NCBI GenBank assembly: GCA_016188245.1 | Contig: JACPIE010000013.1 | Location: 21,058 to 85,057, forward strand | Direction of reading: 5' to 3' | DNA: 64,000 bases | Origin: Candidatus Woesearchaeota archaeon | GTDB lineage: Archaea > Nanobdellota > Nanobdellia > Woesearchaeales > GW2011-AR4 | Shown here: positions 47,333 to 57,284 of the stretch, piece after piece | How the letters are laid out: each line of letters begins with the position of its first letter | Numbering within the stretch: position 1 is the first letter of the stretch | Made by a program: the position numbers and the translations under genes | Notes under the pieces: generated by a model | Databases searched by the model: none | The model's input: only the letters and a program-made list of their open reading frames with translations | What the model was told of the DNA's origin: nothing

Positions 47333-47728
47333 ATGGGGATAGAAAGGACAATTGCCGCACTAGCTAGTGCATTCTTAATCGGCATTAATCCCGGAATTGC
47401 AAATCCGCAATCTTTATCAAAAATACCTTTGGAAGCCATACCGCTTGCCCAAAGAGGGTTTAACCATTATAATTCAATACACAGAGATTGGAAAATCCCC
47501 ATACCGAAGTCGAAAAAAGTAGAATCAATTTCCGAATCTGTCTTTTATTATCGTATAAATGGAAGTGTTGTAATAGAATATGTAAGAAATGGCAAGGTTG
47601 CAGATGCTTTTATATGCAGCCCGTCATCTGTTCTCAGATATTATGCAAACAATGGCCCAAAAGGATTTGAAGATGAAAGCCCTGAACCGAATCCAAGCTG
47701 CAATCAAAATGATTTTGCAAAGCCTTAG
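47333..47728 (+). CDS. Secreted hypothetical protein
   Basis: Signal-like N-terminus and its own TATA. Confidence 0.55.
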   Translation: MGIERTIAALASAFLIGINPGIANPQSLSKIPLEAIPLAQRGFNHYNSIHRDWKIPIPKSKKVESISESVFYYRINGSVVIEYVRNGKVADAFICSPSSVLRYYANNGPKGFEDESPEPNPSCNQNDFAKP

Positions 47729-47772
47729 TTTACCAAATAAATTTATATAACTTCTATTAAATCCATGATATT

Positions 47773-50007
47773 ATGAAACGTACCAATACTTGCGGTGAAT
47801 TAACTGACAAAGATATCAACAAAAAAGTGGCTTTGGCAGGCTGGTGCTCAACAAGAAGGGACCATGGGGGGGTCATTTTTATTGACTTGAGGGACAGGTA
47901 TGGCATTACACAGGTAGTTTTTGACCCTTCCCATGATATGCAATCCCACAAGGCAGCTGAAAAGCTTGGCAGGGAAGATGTCATAATTGTTGAAGGCTCT
48001 GTAAGGCATAGGCCAAAAGGAATGGAGAATGAGAAGATTGCAACTGGCAAGATTGAAGTTATCGTAAGCAGTATCTTAAGCGTAAACAATGCCTTAACTC
48101 CGCCTATAGAGATTGATGACAAAACAGAAGCTTCTGAAGAGGTAAGGTTAAGGTACAGGTACCTTGACCTGAGAAGGCCAAAGATGCAGAAGCAGTTGAT
48201 GTTCAGGCACGCCCTGGCAATCTCGATAAGGGAATACTTGAACGGGCAGAACTTCATTGAAATCGAAACGCCTATGCTGATTAAAACAACCCCGGAAGGA
48301 GCTAGAGATTACCTTGTGCCAAGCAGGCTGCACCCAGGCAAATTTTATTCGCTGCCGCAAAGCCCCCAGATTTACAAGCAGATACTGATGATTGCGGGAT
48401 TTGACAAGTATTACCAGCTGGCAAGATGCTTAAGGGATGAAGATTTAAGGGCAGACAGGCAGCCTGAGCATACCCAGCTTGACCTGGAGATTTCTTTTGC
48501 CGATGCCGAGGACATTTTCCATCTGACAGAAGGGCTCATAAAGCATGTTTTCAGGAAGCTCCTTGACAAAGACATCAAAATTCCTTTCAAAAGGTTTGCC
48601 TATAAAGATGCAGTTGAAAAATTCTGCACAGACAAGCCGGATATAAGGTTCGGAATGGAATGCTGCACAGTAACTGACATTGCCAAAGAGTCTGAATTCG
48701 TGGTATTCCTTGATGTTATTAAAAAAAACGGAATCGTGAAAGTTTTGAATGCAGAAGGCTGCGGAGAAAAATTAAGCAGAAACCAGATTGACGAGCTGAT
48801 AGAGTTTGCAAAGGCCAACGGCGCCAATGGTCTGGCTTGGATGAAAGCAACAAAAAATGGATTGGAGAGCAACATTGCAAAGTTTTTTCCCAAAAATGCG
48901 CAGAAGCAGCTGCTTGAAAAGGCAGATGCAAAAGAGAATGACCTGCTGCTGTTTGCTGCAGGCAATCCAAAAGTAGTGAATGATGTGATTTCAAAAATAA
49001 GGCTGAAGCTCGCAAATTCGCTTGGGCTGGTAAAAGAAAATGATTTTGGGTTCTGCTTCATAACTGAATTTCCCATGTTTGAATGGAATGAAGACGGGCA
49101 GAAATGGGATTTCGGGCACAACCCGTTCACAATGCCGAATGAGGAGTGCTGGCAGCATCTTGAAAAAGATCCTGGCAAAGTTGTTTCCTGCCAGTATGAT
49201 TTTGTCATGAACGGCTCAGAGCTTTTTTCCGGATCTGTGCGCAACAATATTCCGGAACTGCAGATGAGGGCTTTCAAGGCTACAGGAATGTCGGAAGCTG
49301 AAATAAAGGAAAAATTCGGGTTTCTGCTTGAAGCGTACAAGTACGGCGCTCCAAAACATGCCGGCTTCGGATTGGGGTTTGACAGGCTTGCTTCGCTGAT
49401 GCAGGGGATACATGACATAAGGGAGGTGATAGCATTCCCAAAAAACAAGGCAGCTGAGAATCCAATGGACGGCTCGCCGAATGACGCTTCCGAAAAGCAG
49501 ATGCAGGAGCTTCACATCAAGCTTGATTTCGTGAAAGAGTCAGTTAACGCGGTTTTCGGCAGGATAAGGGATGCCTTGAACAAGGAAAAAATAGAGTATG
49601 AAGTTCTTGAGCACAAGCCCGTTTTCACAAGCAGGGAAGCTGCTGAAGTCAGGGGCACAGAATTGAAACAGGGGACAAAAGCCTTGATATGCAAGACGGA
49701 GGAAGGATTTATACAGGCAGTTGTTTCAGGCGCAAAAGAGCTTGACATCGAAAAGCTGCAGAAACTGACTCTTTACAAGAAGGTTGAGATGGCAAATGCA
49801 AAGGAAGTGAGGCAAGTAACTGGCTGCAACATAGGGAGCGTGCCTCCGTTTGGAAATTTGTTTGACTTGAAAGTCTATTTTGACAAGTCAGTTGTTGAGA
49901 ACGAGACTGTTGCATTCAACGCAGGCCAGCACACAAAAAGCATCAAGATGAAGTTAAAAGATTTGGTCAAAGTTGTGAATCCCGTGATTGGGGAGTTTTC
50001 CAGATAA
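47773..50007 (+). CDS. aspS: Bacterial-type aspartyl-tRNA synthetase (probably non-discriminating) fused to a C-terminal YbaK/ProX domain
   Basis: RTNTCGEL, RRDHGG, LRYRYLDLRR, PEGARDY, LPQSPQ, RDEDLRADRQPE, GAD insert; C-terminal EHKPVFTS...GSVPPFG..FNAG. Confidence 0.95.
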   Translation: MKRTNTCGELTDKDINKKVALAGWCSTRRDHGGVIFIDLRDRYGITQVVFDPSHDMQSHKAAEKLGREDVIIVEGSVRHRPKGMENEKIATGKIEVIVSSILSVNNALTPPIEIDDKTEASEEVRLRYRYLDLRRPKMQKQLMFRHALAISIREYLNGQNFIEIETPMLIKTTPEGARDYLVPSRLHPGKFYSLPQSPQIYKQILMIAGFDKYYQLARCLRDEDLRADRQPEHTQLDLEISFADAEDIFHLTEGLIKHVFRKLLDKDIKIPFKRFAYKDAVEKFCTDKPDIRFGMECCTVTDIAKESEFVVFLDVIKKNGIVKVLNAEGCGEKLSRNQIDELIEFAKANGANGLAWMKATKNGLESNIAKFFPKNAQKQLLEKADAKENDLLLFAAGNPKVVNDVISKIRLKLANSLGLVKENDFGFCFITEFPMFEWNEDGQKWDFGHNPFTMPNEECWQHLEKDPGKVVSCQYDFVMNGSELFSGSVRNNIPELQMRAFKATGMSEAEIKEKFGFLLEAYKYGAPKHAGFGLGFDRLASLMQGIHDIREVIAFPKNKAAENPMDGSPNDASEKQMQELHIKLDFVKESVNAVFGRIRDALNKEKIEYEVLEHKPVFTSREAAEVRGTELKQGTKALICKTEEGFIQAVVSGAKELDIEKLQKLTLYKKVEMANAKEVRQVTGCNIGSVPPFGNLFDLKVYFDKSVVENETVAFNAGQHTKSIKMKLKDLVKVVNPVIGEFSR

Positions 50008-50028
50008 TTTTAAATTTAAAATAAAAAA

Positions 50029-50595
50029 TTAGAATTTAACTTCAGGAGCATTCTCAGCCCCGGGCTTTGCGTTGAAGTAATTTCTATCGGCATATCCGAG
50101 GTTTTTTGCGACAATGCTGCTCGGGAAGGTCTTTATCCTTGCATTAAAAGTTCTGACGGCATCATTAAACCTTCCCCTCTCAACTGCAACTTTGTTCTCT
50201 GTGTTAGCAAGCTCGTCCTGCAGCGCCTGGTAATTTTTTGTCGCAGTCAATTGAGGATAGTTTTCCGCAACAAGAAGCAATTTTGACAATGTTGATTCTA
50301 TCTGGTTTGCGGTCTCCACCTTTGCATTCACGTCAGGGGCTGTCTGCCACTGGCTTCTCAGCTGGGTTATTTCTGTCAATGTAGACTGCTCGAAGTTTGC
50401 AGCGCCTTTCACAGTATTGACAAGGTTTGGAATCAGGTCAACCCTTCTCTGGTATTGAGTCTCAACCTGGGCCCATTTGTTATTCACTTCTTCGTTAAGC
50501 TTTATGAGGGAATTATAAGTTCCAACGTACCAAAAAACAAGCAATAAGATTATTGCCAAGGGAATTCCAATCCACATAAGCAGTTTCTTGTTCAT
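50029..50595 (-). CDS. lemA: LemA family protein
   Basis: YNSL, WAQVETQYQRRVDLIPNLV, ENYPQL.A, TENKVA..R..FN. Confidence 0.93.
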   Translation of the reverse strand: MNKKLLMWIGIPLAIILLLVFWYVGTYNSLIKLNEEVNNKWAQVETQYQRRVDLIPNLVNTVKGAANFEQSTLTEITQLRSQWQTAPDVNAKVETANQIESTLSKLLLVAENYPQLTATKNYQALQDELANTENKVAVERGRFNDAVRTFNARIKTFPSSIVAKNLGYADRNYFNAKPGAENAPEVKF

Positions 50596-50645
50596 ATTAT
50601 TCGCCGTGTTTTAAGCCTGATTTTTTATTTTTTTGATGCAATGAG

Positions 50646-50834
50646 TTATTTTTTGATTCTTTTGCCTGATTTTTTTGAAAAATCATAAAGCATCTTAACT
50701 TCCATTTTGTCGAGCCACATTCCTCCGCAGTTGTCGCACACATCCAATGTTGCTCCTGAAGGATGTATGACCTTCCTCATAAACCTTTTGCGCCAGATGC
50801 CTGAGCACCTCGGGCAATGGATTTCCTTATCCAT
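50646..50834 (-). CDS. TFIIB-type zinc-ribbon protein
   Basis: CPRC...LDVCDNCGGMWLD..E. Confidence 0.8.
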   Translation of the reverse strand: MDKEIHCPRCSGIWRKRFMRKVIHPSGATLDVCDNCGGMWLDKMEVKMLYDFSKKSGKRIKK

Positions 50835-51648
50835 TTTGAATCAACTTTTTGATGATTCCCTTACATTTATTTTTGTTATTTATCAAATCAAACTCCCAGA
50901 ATCTTATTACAAGATATCCCTCTTTAATAAGTTTATTGTTTTCAGTTTCATCCCTTGCCTTATTCTTTATCTGAGCCTCTGTTGTAGGTTTTGGATAGAA
51001 CATCGGATTAGAATGCCAGTAATCTCCATCTGCAAACAAAACAATGTTAGGTTCTACAAATGCATCAGCCTGACAAATTGTTTTGATGGATTTATGTTTA
51101 CTAAAGTTTAAATTCAACTCATTTAAAATTTCAAATAAAATTAGTTCTGCATTCGTGCTTTTCTTCGGAAATATTTGCCTTAATCTTGCTTCTCTAATTT
51201 GATTTATGGTTTCACTGGAATAGACATTTTTCTTTCCCTTATTCCAGGGTACCAATCCTCTACGAAATTGTGTCATTTGAACTTTTTCTTTTATTTCAGG
51301 TCTTGCCATTGCTTTTTTGGTTTCAATTGACACTTTTTTCTTATGGTTTACAGTTAATTGTCTTCCTTTATTCCACGGCACTATCCATCCTATTTTGCCT
51401 TTGTTCCATGGTATTATTCCTTTTTTGAATTCTGTTTGTGGAGAATTTCTTCGACCTTTACCCCAAAATGATGCTGAATGAGAAGACATTCCAAATTTTT
51501 TCTTGTACCAGAAAAGAGATTCATAAGGCATTCCTATTTCTTCGGCTATCTGGGGAAGAGATTTCTTATTTTGAGTGTACTCTTGAATTAGGAATTCCTT
51601 TGTTATTTTCCATTTGTTGATGTTCTTGCAAAATTTCATATAAATCAC
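50827..51648 (-). CDS. NUMOD3-repeat / Vsr(DUF559)-like homing endonuclease
   Basis: Three PWNKG repeats, HKKKVS; ADAFV...LFADGDYWH...GYLVIRFWE; AT-rich. Confidence 0.82.
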   Translation of the reverse strand: MIYMKFCKNINKWKITKEFLIQEYTQNKKSLPQIAEEIGMPYESLFWYKKKFGMSSHSASFWGKGRRNSPQTEFKKGIIPWNKGKIGWIVPWNKGRQLTVNHKKKVSIETKKAMARPEIKEKVQMTQFRRGLVPWNKGKKNVYSSETINQIREARLRQIFPKKSTNAELILFEILNELNLNFSKHKSIKTICQADAFVEPNIVLFADGDYWHSNPMFYPKPTTEAQIKNKARDETENNKLIKEGYLVIRFWEFDLINNKNKCKGIIKKLIQNG

Positions 51649-51797
51649 TTCAAAAGTTTGCCATATTCAAAAGCTTATGAGTTATAGGAAAAAGGGAACT
51701 TGTAAGCGAAACTGAGTAAAAAGATTTTGATGCTAATCAAAAGACTTAATTTGGCAGTTTTGCGTGTTCACTTTTTCAATTATAAATGTAGAACTCC

Positions 51798-51827
51798 TTT
51801 ATAAATATCACGTGAAGATGTCCAGTG
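51798..51827 (-). promoter_or_regulatory. CACTGGACAT-N7-TGATATTTATAAA promoter of the NUMOD3/Vsr gene
   Basis: Shared motif; begins immediately after the TPM gene stop. Confidence 0.55.
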
Positions 51828-52619
51828 CTAGAATTTCCCAGAAAAACCTCCGCCGCCAAATCCGCCTCCGCCGCCTGAGAACCCCCCAAAACCTCCTGAG
51901 CCTCCCTTAAAACCTCCTCTTCCAAATCCGCCTGCAAACAAGCCCCACGCAGCGCCTTTGTAAAAATCATCTTTGTGCTTCTCTTTTGTTTTGATTCCCT
52001 TGCTGAATTTTTTTGCTCTGTTGACAGATGCAAACAGGATAAAAATGATCAGCAGCAAAAGGACAATTCCAAAAACAATGCTCAAACTGTCTTGTTTTAT
52101 GCCGGAAGCATCCTTCAAAGCAACAATATCGGCATCATTTGAATTTAATAATGCTCTTTTCGTTACGTCAAAAGCCTGCAAAATCCCATTTTCATAATTG
52201 CCATCCTGGAAGTTTGGAACCAAAGTTTCCCTTGAAACCCTTCCCAAAAGCGAGGAGCTTAAAGTGCTTTCAACGCCATATCCCACTTCCCATCTGTACT
52301 TCCTGTCTTTTATTGCAACATAAAGCAGAATCCCATTGTCGTTTCCTTTCTTCCCTATCCTGTTTTCTTCTGCAATCTTTAAAGTGTATTCCTCAAGAGA
52401 ATATTCTTTGGGATATTCATTTTCGATGAATATCACATACTGGACTCCGTTGGTGGCTTTTTCCAGATCCCTTAAGTCCTGCTCAAGCTGTGATTTTGCA
52501 GAGGATGAAAGCGAGTTTGTATTGTCAGTCACATAAGAGTTTATCACAGGTATCTGCGCTGCATAAGCATGATGGGTTAAAACTAGGAATACCAGCGCAA
52601 TCAGCAGTATTTTTTTCAT
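51828..52619 (-). CDS. TPM-domain (DUF477) membrane protein
   Basis: YVTD, IGKKGNDNGILL, EVGYGVE, Gly-rich tail GGGGGFGGGG. Confidence 0.9.
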   Translation of the reverse strand: MKKILLIALVFLVLTHHAYAAQIPVINSYVTDNTNSLSSSAKSQLEQDLRDLEKATNGVQYVIFIENEYPKEYSLEEYTLKIAEENRIGKKGNDNGILLYVAIKDRKYRWEVGYGVESTLSSSLLGRVSRETLVPNFQDGNYENGILQAFDVTKRALLNSNDADIVALKDASGIKQDSLSIVFGIVLLLLIIFILFASVNRAKKFSKGIKTKEKHKDDFYKGAAWGLFAGGFGRGGFKGGSGGFGGFSGGGGGFGGGGFSGKF

Positions 52620-52675
52620 GGCAGGCAATCAAATGTAAGAATATATAAATATAACCAATTATGGCATAATGAAAA

Positions 52676-53236
52676 ATGTTGAAAATCAATTTAATAACAA
52701 GCAACCTCGGCAAAGTAAAAGAATTCAGGCAGATTCTGGAGCCGGAACTAAAGGTGAATCACATCAAAATTTCTTATCCGGAATTAAGAAGCGACAATCC
52801 TGAAGAAATAGCAAGGCAATCAGCGCAAATGCTTGCAAATAAATTGAAAAAGGTTGTTGTTGTCGAGGATTCTGGGTTGTTTATCAATGATTTGAATGAA
52901 TTTCCCGGCACATGTTCCGCCTACATCCACAAAAGAATAGGGTTGAATGGGATTATAAAGCTGATGGAAGGCACCAAGGGCAGGCAATGCGAATACAAAA
53001 GCGCTGTTGCATACTGCGAGCCAGATAAAAAGCCATTAAGCTTTCTTGGAGAGGAAAAAGGAAATGTTGCTGAAAGCGTAAGAGGGCATTTTGGATTTGG
53101 GCATGATCCGATTTTCATTCCAGAAGGAAGCAGCAAAACTTACGGTGAAATGAAAAATTGCGAAGAAGCCAAGAAATTCAGAAGGATGGCCGTCTTGAAA
53201 TTAAGAGGTTATTTGCTAAAAAAGAAAATAATATAA
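52676..53236 (+). CDS. rdgB: Non-canonical purine NTP pyrophosphatase (RdgB/Ham1)
   Basis: TSNLGKVKE, VEDSGL, FPG..S, FGFGHDPIF. Confidence 0.92.
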   Translation: MLKINLITSNLGKVKEFRQILEPELKVNHIKISYPELRSDNPEEIARQSAQMLANKLKKVVVVEDSGLFINDLNEFPGTCSAYIHKRIGLNGIIKLMEGTKGRQCEYKSAVAYCEPDKKPLSFLGEEKGNVAESVRGHFGFGHDPIFIPEGSSKTYGEMKNCEEAKKFRRMAVLKLRGYLLKKKII

Positions 53237-53260
53237 ATAACGACAAACTTTGCTCTTTTT

Positions 53261-53836
53261 ATGCTCCAGAAAATAAAAGGCCTGATGAAAGTAAAAGAGG
53301 ACTTGGATGCGATAAACGGCAATGTTGAAGAGAACAATAAAATAATTTCTGATTTGAAGCTTGAGCTTGAGTCGCTGAAAAAAGAGCTGTCTGAAAACAA
53401 AAAAGTCCAGGATGAATTTCTTAAAAGTTTCAGGGAAAATCTGTCAGTAATCAAAAACCTAAGGGAAGACTTTGGAAAGGAATTGGTGGAATTCAAATTA
53501 TTGAAAAGCCAGCTTCAAAGGAAGATTCTTGACAAGTTCGAGGAAGAGCTGCAAAAAGATTTGGAAGTCAACAGGGAAATCCTGAAAAAGGACGCTGAGG
53601 ATTATGGTATGCTGAGAAATAAAGTTTCTGGAATCCTCTCAAGGCTTGATCTGACAGGAGAGGAAATAAACAAGTTCATAGAAATCAGCAGGAACATCAA
53701 GAAAGAAGACTTTGAGTTGACAAGATTCGCAAGGCAGCTTATAGATATGGACCGGGAAAAGCTTGAACTGATGAGAAAGATTGACACTCTTGAAAGGATG
53801 GTTTCCAAGATCAGAAGAAGGGAATTGGTAAGATAA
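53261..53836 (+). CDS. Coiled-coil hypothetical protein
   Basis: 191-aa heptad-rich frame. Confidence 0.75.
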   Translation: MLQKIKGLMKVKEDLDAINGNVEENNKIISDLKLELESLKKELSENKKVQDEFLKSFRENLSVIKNLREDFGKELVEFKLLKSQLQRKILDKFEEELQKDLEVNREILKKDAEDYGMLRNKVSGILSRLDLTGEEINKFIEISRNIKKEDFELTRFARQLIDMDREKLELMRKIDTLERMVSKIRRRELVR

Positions 53837-53841
53837 GGAGG

Positions 53842-53879
53842 TGTGCCCCGGATAAAAAGAGGAGATTATCCAGGGCGCA
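53842..53879. other. Strong stem-loop (13 of 14 pairs), terminator or ncRNA element
   Basis: TGTGCCCCGGATAA / TTATCCAGGGCGCA just after a stop codon. Confidence 0.55.
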
Positions 53880-54013
53880 GATGAGATTCTCAAATTGTGG
53901 TTATCACCTCGTGTCTTTTAATCCAGAATAAAGGATGGGAAGCTTGTTTATATATCATGTGAACATGGCTTCTAGAACTGTCTTTCATAAGGTTTATAAA
54001 TGGGAATCAAGGA

Positions 54014-54730
54014 ATGATTCCAATGGTTCAGGTGGTTTTCAGCCCAAAATGGTTCTGGGGGAAGGATATTTTTATTGACTCCATTGCCCTGGTTGTGCTG
54101 CTGTCCATAGCAATTTTTGCTACAAATTTCTACAGGGTAAAAAAAAGCAAGAATTACCTATATCTGGCGCTTTCATTTTATTTGATTGCACTGTCATTTT
54201 TTTCAAAAATGCTCATTAATTTTACCATCTACTATCAGGTGCTCCATACACGGATGATAGGTTCTATCGAATACTCCCAAGTCATACTAAAATCCTCTGA
54301 GATACTTGCCGTCAGCGGCCTGTTCCTCTATAGGCTGTTTACCCTGCTGGGCTTTTTCATGCTTTACTCAATTTATGAGAAGCAGTCTAAAGCCAACATA
54401 ATTCTTGTGATATACTTCACAATAATCTCAATTTTCTTCAGCAAAGAGGAGTATTACATCTTTTACCTGACCTGCCTTATTTTCTTGGGCGTAATCTCCA
54501 ACAGGTATTACCAGAATTACAGGAAAAACAGAAAGAAGACTTCAGGCATGCTTGCGGCCAGCTTTTCAGTTATAGCCTTAAGCCAGATCTTTTTCATGTT
54601 TGTAAAATTTACAAAACATTTTTATGTTGTTGGGGAAGGGATACAGCTTATAGGGTACATATTGCTGTTAGTGACTTTCATAACGGTGCTAAAACATGGA
54701 AGGGAAAAGGACAAGAGTCGGCATCATTGA
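54014..54730 (+). CDS. About 7-TM membrane protein
   Basis: Hydrophobic pattern; coupled to the downstream HTH gene. Confidence 0.75.
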   Translation: MIPMVQVVFSPKWFWGKDIFIDSIALVVLLSIAIFATNFYRVKKSKNYLYLALSFYLIALSFFSKMLINFTIYYQVLHTRMIGSIEYSQVILKSSEILAVSGLFLYRLFTLLGFFMLYSIYEKQSKANIILVIYFTIISIFFSKEEYYIFYLTCLIFLGVISNRYYQNYRKNRKKTSGMLAASFSVIALSQIFFMFVKFTKHFYVVGEGIQLIGYILLLVTFITVLKHGREKDKSRHH

Positions 54731-54968
54731 GGATATGCTGTCTTCCATAATAAGCAAAGGGGGCAGAATCAAGCCCACACATTTGATGTACAAATCCAAC
54801 ATGGCTCATGGGCAGATGAAGGCTTATCTTGATGACTTGGTGCAAAAAGAGCTGGTGAAGGAGGTCAAAGAAGGCAATTATGGTTATGTTATAATAACTG
54901 ACAAGGGGCATGAATTTGTTCAGAAGCTGAAGCAGATGAGGGAGTTTGAGAAGGCGTTTGGCTTGTAA
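54696..54968 (+). CDS. Archaeal winged-HTH regulator (HTH_45-like)
   Basis: KRTRVGII.DML, KPTHLMYKSN, ITDKG..F. Confidence 0.87.
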   Translation: MEGKRTRVGIIEDMLSSIISKGGRIKPTHLMYKSNMAHGQMKAYLDDLVQKELVKEVKEGNYGYVIITDKGHEFVQKLKQMREFEKAFGL

Positions 54969-55036
54969 GCATGCCTGAAAATTTCTGAATTTCCAAAACA
55001 AAAATATATATAAACAGCTGAAAAACAGCCTATGAT

Positions 55037-55321
55037 ATGGAAGTAGACAAGAAGCTTCTCGAGCATGTTGCCGGGCTTGCAAGGCTGAAATTAAGCGAAG
55101 ATGAGCTGAATAAATTCCTGCCGCAGCTCAAGGAAACCCTGGAATTCTTTTCAAGATTGAAAGAGATAGATACAGGCAATGTAAAGCCCAGCTTCCATCC
55201 GGTTGAGCTAAAAAACGCAACGCGGGAAGACAAGGAAGAAAAATGCCTGTCACAAGACGATGCTTTGTCATTGGCTGAGCACAAGAAAAATGGGTATTTT
55301 AAGGGCCCAAGGGCGGTTTGA
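55037..55321 (+). CDS. gatC: Asp/Glu-tRNA amidotransferase subunit C
   Basis: HVAGLARLKL, REDK, GYFKGP. Confidence 0.92.
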   Translation: MEVDKKLLEHVAGLARLKLSEDELNKFLPQLKETLEFFSRLKEIDTGNVKPSFHPVELKNATREDKEEKCLSQDDALSLAEHKKNGYFKGPRAV

Positions 55322-55852
55322 ATGAAAATATTTTTTTTATTGCCCATACTCCTGCTTTTGATTGCATCATGCCAAATTAAGACAGAAAAACAGATTAGTG
55401 GAAATGAGGTAAAACAAATGGTGAAATATGCTGTAATTGAAACTAACAAAGGAACAATAAAAGCAGAGCTTTATGCCGAAAAAGCCCCGATAACAGCCAA
55501 AAATTTCATTGACTTGGCAAATTCCGGCTTTTACAACGGGTTAAAATTCCACAGGTATGAGCCGGGATTTGTAATCCAAGGAGGAGATCCGAATGGAGAC
55601 GGCACAGGCGGCTCAGCAAAAACAATCCCCCTCGAGATAAATAATGAGCTTAAGCATGTAAAAGGGGCGCTGGCTATGGCAAGGGCAAATGACCCGAACA
55701 GCGCCAGCTCGCAGTTTTACATTGCTCTTGGCAATATACATTTTCTTGACGGAAACTATGCCGTTTTCGGAAAAGTGGCGGAAGGGATGGATGTAGCGGA
55801 GCAATTAAGGACAGGCGACAAAATGGAAAAGGTGTATATAATTGACAGATGA
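55322..55852 (+). CDS. Cyclophilin-type peptidyl-prolyl isomerase (lipoprotein-like N-terminus)
   Basis: [27 protein letters not shown]...[17 protein letters not shown]. Confidence 0.93.
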   Translation: MKIFFLLPILLLLIASCQIKTEKQISGNEVKQMVKYAVIETNKGTIKAELYAEKAPITAKNFIDLANSGFYNGLKFHRYEPGFVIQGGDPNGDGTGGSAKTIPLEINNELKHVKGALAMARANDPNSASSQFYIALGNIHFLDGNYAVFGKVAEGMDVAEQLRTGDKMEKVYIIDR

Positions 55853-57284
55853 AACGACCTTGAAAGATTTTATCAGCAAAATAAAAAATAATGAGATTGA
55901 TGTAGTTGAGTATACTTATAAGCTAATCGAAGAATGCAAAAAAATAAACAAGGAATACGGCTATTTCAACACGATTTCAGAGGAATTGGCTTTATCGCAG
56001 GCAAAAGAAATCAAAATTCAGTTAAAGCAAAAAAATAAAGAGATAAAAAATAAAAAACTGCTGGGGGTTGCGGTTTCTGCAAAGGATAGCATCTGCGTCA
56101 AAGGCGTTGAAACAACAGCAGGCTCTAAAATATTGCAGGGCTATAAGCCGCTGTTTGATGCTTTCGTGATTCAAAAAGTGAAGGAAGAAGGCGGCATAAT
56201 AATCGGAAAAACTGCCCAGGATGAATTTGGATTTGGGACATTTTCCATGAATTCCGCTTTCGGAATCCCAAAAAATCCTTTTGACAGTGAGAGAAGCTGC
56301 GGCGGCTCAAGCGGCGGGGCGGCCGGCTTAAGCCGGAAATTAGGCAATCATATTGCGATAGGAGAATCCACAGGCGGCTCCATAACAACGCCTGCATCAT
56401 TCTGCGGAGTTTATGGATTATGCCCGACTTATGGCAGGGTTTCAAGGAATGGGCTGATTGACTTCTCAAATTCAATGGACAAAATCGGGCCAATAGGCAA
56501 AACAATAGAAGACGCTGCGCTGCTGATGAATGTAATCTCGGGCCATGACAAAAATGACAGCACTTCCCTGAATGTTAAAAATGAGGATTATGAAAGCTAT
56601 GTAAAAAAATCAATAAAAGGAATGAAAATTGGCATTATAAAAGAGGCATTTGGCTCTGGTGTTGAAATGGAAGTTGAAAAAAATGTGTACAATGGGATTG
56701 AAGAGCTTGAAGAAGAAGGCGCAAAAGTTGAAGAGATTTCTTTGGAATTGCCGATTAAATACGGCATAGCGACTTACTATATGATTGCAGCAAGCGAGGC
56801 AAGCACAAACCTTGCAAAATACTGCGGAATGCGCTATGGGGCAAGCGAAAAGCTTGAAGGCAGCTTTAACGAATACTTCACAAAAGTCAGGAGCAATAAT
56901 TTTGGAGAGGAGGCAAAAAGAAGGATTATTCTAGGGACCTTTGCAAGGATGGCTGGCTACAGGGATGCTTTCTATTTAAAAGCTGCAAAGGTAAGGACAT
57001 TGATGATTAACGAATACAAGAAAGCATTCAAGAAATTTGATGCCCTGGTTTCTCCGGCAGTTTCAATATTGCCGCCAAAATTTTCAGATATTGAAAAATT
57101 GACTCCGCTGCAGCATTACATAATTGATGTAATGACAGTTAGCCCAAATGTTGCTGGCTTGCCCCACTTGAATGTTCCGGTCGGCTTTGAGAAAAACCTT
57201 CCGATAGGCATGCTGCTCATTGCAGACCACCTGCAGGAAGGCAAGCTGATACAGATTGGAAGCGCGGTGGAGAAGGGGAAATGA
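55842..57284 (+). CDS. gatA: Asp/Glu-tRNA amidotransferase subunit A
   Basis: [39 protein letters not shown]. Confidence 0.95.
   Translation: MTDETTLKDFISKIKNNEIDVVEYTYKLIEECKKINKEYGYFNTISEELALSQAKEIKIQLKQKNKEIKNKKLLGVAVSAKDSICVKGVETTAGSKILQGYKPLFDAFVIQKVKEEGGIIIGKTAQDEFGFGTFSMNSAFGIPKNPFDSERSCGGSSGGAAGLSRKLGNHIAIGESTGGSITTPASFCGVYGLCPTYGRVSRNGLIDFSNSMDKIGPIGKTIEDAALLMNVISGHDKNDSTSLNVKNEDYESYVKKSIKGMKIGIIKEAFGSGVEMEVEKNVYNGIEELEEEGAKVEEISLELPIKYGIATYYMIAASEASTNLAKYCGMRYGASEKLEGSFNEYFTKVRSNNFGEEAKRRIILGTFARMAGYRDAFYLKAAKVRTLMINEYKKAFKKFDALVSPAVSILPPKFSDIEKLTPLQHYIIDVMTVSPNVAGLPHLNVPVGFEKNLPIGMLLIADHLQEGKLIQIGSAVEKGK

Noticed and set aside
48600..49448. Long antisense ORFs (for example 282 aa opposite aspS; 3533-4135; 6251-6772)
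   Set aside because: These are shadow frames of well-supported genes on the other strand, with no motifs or expression signals.
50827..51827. Group I intron or intein hosting the NUMOD3/Vsr endonuclease
   Set aside because: Flanking genes are complete, and no P7-like core or intein terminal residues were seen.
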